Below the pieces are notes generated by a model. That model saw nothing but the letters and a program-made list of their open reading frames with translations, had not been told where the DNA came from and searched no databases. From Alphaproteobacteria bacterium (lineage in GTDB: Bacteria > Pseudomonadota > Alphaproteobacteria > GCA-2746255), in NCBI GenBank assembly GCA_965249135.1, contig OZ252220.1:640001-704000 (forward strand): DNA of 64,000 nt, read 5' to 3'. Below are positions 61,408 to 64,000 of the stretch, piece by piece (position 1 is the first letter of the stretch; every line of letters starts with the position of its first letter). The position numbers and the translations under genes were made by a program.

Positions 61408-62286
61408 ATGGAAGCCGATAGTTCCCTCGAAGACGCCCTCCGCAAGCACGTCGAGACGCTCACCGTTAAGATCGGCCCGCGTACGGCATGCCACGGCGAC
61501 AGCCTCGAACGGGCGGCGCGGTATATCCACGAAGCTTTCGCAAGCGCCGGGCTCGAGGTCACCGAACAGACCTACGACTACCGCGGCCGGCGCGTTGCCA
61601 ACCTGGTCGCGACGCCGCCCGGCGCCGCCGGGGCCTCCACCTACTACGTCATCGGCGCCCATTATGACACCGTGCCGCCGACGCCGGGTGCCGACGACAA
61701 CGCGAGCGGTGTCGCCGTGATGCTGGCGCTTGCCCGCCGGCTGGCCGCAACGCCGCCACGGGTCCCGGTCCGTCTCGTCGCCTTCACGCTGGAGGAGCCC
61801 CCGGCCTTTCGCACCCGTCACCAGGGCAGCCGCGTCTTCGTTCGCGAGTGCAGGCGCGTCGGCGAGCGCATTCTGGCCGCCCTGATTCTCGAAATGGTCG
61901 GTTACACGTGCCCGCATCAACACTACCCCCTCGCGCTCCACTGGGCGGGCTACCCCAGCCAAGGTAATTTTATCGGGATCGTGGGCAACCGGCGCTCGCG
62001 GCGGTTTGGACACGCGGTCCTGAAAGGATTCCGCAACAATGGGCGCCTGCCGGTCGAGTCGCTGTTCGTGCCGCTCAACGGTTGGGTCCTGCCAGCGACG
62101 CGCCTAAGCGATCACGCCTCGTTCTGGGATGCCGGCTGGCCGGCACTGATGGTCACCGACACGGCATTCTTCCGCAATCCCCATTACCACCTCCCCAGCG
62201 ATACGCTCGACACGCTCGATTTCAGGTTCATGGCCGAGCTGGTCAAAAGCCTGGAACTCGCGCTGGCCGAGTTCCCGCCCGCGTAG
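61408..62286 (+). CDS. M28 family peptidase
   Basis: IGAHYDT, GADDNASG, LEEPP, LEMVG, SDH and YH motifs; start uncertain. Confidence 0.9.
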   Translation: MEADSSLEDALRKHVETLTVKIGPRTACHGDSLERAARYIHEAFASAGLEVTEQTYDYRGRRVANLVATPPGAAGASTYYVIGAHYDTVPPTPGADDNASGVAVMLALARRLAATPPRVPVRLVAFTLEEPPAFRTRHQGSRVFVRECRRVGERILAALILEMVGYTCPHQHYPLALHWAGYPSQGNFIGIVGNRRSRRFGHAVLKGFRNNGRLPVESLFVPLNGWVLPATRLSDHASFWDAGWPALMVTDTAFFRNPHYHLPSDTLDTLDFRFMAELVKSLELALAEFPPA

Positions 62287-62418
62287 GTCTCGTGCGAGAG
62301 GCCACAAACCGAAGAAAGGAACGCTCCATGCCAAGACAAAAGAAAACAGCGCTGGACGCCAACGATAATTAAACTCAAGTCTTAAGAGACGCGCGGAACA
62401 TGAAAAAAGGACAGAGAA

Positions 62419-63051
62419 ATGAATGTGCTTGTTGTTGGTGCGACCGGAGGGACTGGCCGTAAACTTGTTGAACAGCTCAAGAAGAAAAATCACGAACCAA
62501 TTGCGATGGTTCGCGACGGCGCGGATACATCCGGGTTACCGGCGGATGTAGAACGTCGCTGCGGCGACGTGGAGGCTCTCGAGCGTAGTGTCCTAAAAGG
62601 CGTCGACGCGATCATCTTCGCCGCCGGCTCGGGATCGAAGACCGGCCCGGAAAAGACCATCGATGTAGATCAGGAAGGTGCCAAGGCGCTTATTGACCTC
62701 GCGAAGGCGGAAGGCATCTCGCATTTCGTCATGCTGAGCGCGAAAGGCGTGGATTCACCTGAGGCAGCCAGCGAGGGCATGCGCCATTACATGCGAGCGA
62801 AACGGGATGCGGACGATTATCTTATTGCCTCGGGTCTCGACTACACCATCGTCCGGCCTGTCCTGCTGACCCACAACGCCGGGACCGGGCGGGTCACCTT
62901 GGCTGAGACCGTCGATCCGCACACCGAAGTCTCTCGAGAAGACGTCGCGGCAATATTGGCCCAGAGCCTCGACGTGCAAACCGCTAGAAACCGGATCTTT
63001 GAGCTGACCTCGGGCGGGACGCCGGTCGAGGATGCTTTGGAAGCTGCCTGA
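62419..63051 (+). CDS. Atypical SDR/NAD(P)H-binding oxidoreductase
   Basis: VGATGGTG, FAAGSG, YTIVRP and SREDVA motifs. Confidence 0.9.
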   Translation: MNVLVVGATGGTGRKLVEQLKKKNHEPIAMVRDGADTSGLPADVERRCGDVEALERSVLKGVDAIIFAAGSGSKTGPEKTIDVDQEGAKALIDLAKAEGISHFVMLSAKGVDSPEAASEGMRHYMRAKRDADDYLIASGLDYTIVRPVLLTHNAGTGRVTLAETVDPHTEVSREDVAAILAQSLDVQTARNRIFELTSGGTPVEDALEAA

Positions 63052-63216
63052 ACTCCGAGCCCTAAGGCGGCATCAAGCGGTTTCATTGCCGCATCGTACA
63101 GGCGGACGGCAAGTCGATCCCGCTGATCGACCTGCACCCGCTGCCGGAACCGAACCAACAGGCGGCCGAATAGCCTGGATCTCCGAATCACCAGATCTTC
63201 TGTAGAAGGAAAAACC

Positions 63217-64000
63217 ATGTCAGCTAAATCACAAAAAATCAAAGCCTCGGACCTGATGGTCCGGGCGCTGGAGAACGAAGGCGTCGAATACATCTTCGGC
63301 GTGCCGGGCGAGGAGAATCTGGATTTTCTGGAATCGTTGCGGGAATCGTCAATCCGCCTGATCCTGACGCGTCACGAGCAAGGCGCTGGTTTCATGGCGG
63401 CCACCTATGGCCGGCTTACCGGGAAAGCCGGCGTTTGCCTGGCGACGTTGGGGCCGGGTGCTACGAATTTCATCACCGCCGCTGCCTACGCCCAACTTGG
63501 CGCCATGCCGATGATGATGATTACCGGCCAAAAGCCGATCAAGCAGAGCAAGCAGGGACGGTTTCAGATCATCGATGTGGTGGCGATGATGAAACCGATC
63601 ACCAAATTCGCCAAACAGATCGTCAACGGCAGCACCATCCCCAGCCTGGTCCGCGAGGCGTTTCGGCTGGCCGAAGAAGAACGCCCCGGCGCGGTTCACC
63701 TGGAGCTGCCCGAAGACATCGCCGCCGAGAAGGTTGATAACGCCACGCTGTTTACTCCCGCCGTGCCGCATTGCCCGATAGCCAGCGACCAGGCGATCGA
63801 CGCGGCGGTCGCGATGATCCGGGCGGCGAAGCATCCTTTGTTGCTGGTCGGCGCAGGTGCCAACCGCAAGCGGGTCATCGAATCACTCGAGGCCTTTATC
63901 GAGGCCACCGACATTCCCTACTTCAACACCCAAATGGGCAAGGGCGTCATCGGCGGCTACCATTCCCATTACATCGGCACGGCGGCACTCTCCGACGGCG
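63217..64000 (+). CDS. Acetolactate synthase large subunit-like ThDP enzyme, 3'-truncated by the window edge
   Basis: FGVPGEENLD, RHEQGAGFMA, LGPGATN and TQMGKG motifs; missing from the ORF track because there is no stop in the window. Confidence 0.93.
   Translation, partial: MSAKSQKIKASDLMVRALENEGVEYIFGVPGEENLDFLESLRESSIRLILTRHEQGAGFMAATYGRLTGKAGVCLATLGPGATNFITAAAYAQLGAMPMMMITGQKPIKQSKQGRFQIIDVVAMMKPITKFAKQIVNGSTIPSLVREAFRLAEEERPGAVHLELPEDIAAEKVDNATLFTPAVPHCPIASDQAIDAAVAMIRAAKHPLLLVGAGANRKRVIESLEAFIEATDIPYFNTQMGKGVIGGYHSHYIGTAALSDG

Overview
GC-rich alphaproteobacterial chromosome segment (alphaproteobacterial gene order such as guaA-guaB-rlmE-ppx-tRNA-Gln and CtrA-type boxes; finer taxonomy not resolved). 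About 1-50 kb is mostly core or semi-core: class II ribonucleotide reductase (5'-truncated), clpS-clpA, a D,D-carboxypeptidase, galU-ugd-phosphomannomutase, a soluble PAS-PAS chemoreceptor, a MaoC/thiolase-like/DUF35/acyl-CoA dehydrogenase operon, pyrE, guaAB, rlmE, ppx, tRNA-Gln(CTG), psd-pssA, GDP-fucose genes, a Gld-like ABC transporter, a MarR/RfaH-like polysaccharide locus and a sulfite reductase. Three things stand out. (1) A complete 3,479-bp IS1595-family element (24-bp terminal inverted repeats, 8-bp target duplication) splits manC and carries a passenger gene for an ABC-ATPase with a possible HEPN-like tail, a candidate anti-phage gene. (2) An accessory region from about 50 kb contains a 224-bp non-coding direct repeat and a third, core-only copy of a tRNA-3'-end-like site, lying at the boundaries of unrelated genes, which suggests a cassette-type recombination system. 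(3) A stand-alone secreted 13-Cys NPCAAK-repeat peptide. Several small indels break otherwise intact genes, so the assembly may contain indel errors. No CRISPR array or rRNA was seen. All calls come from motif recognition, not database searches.
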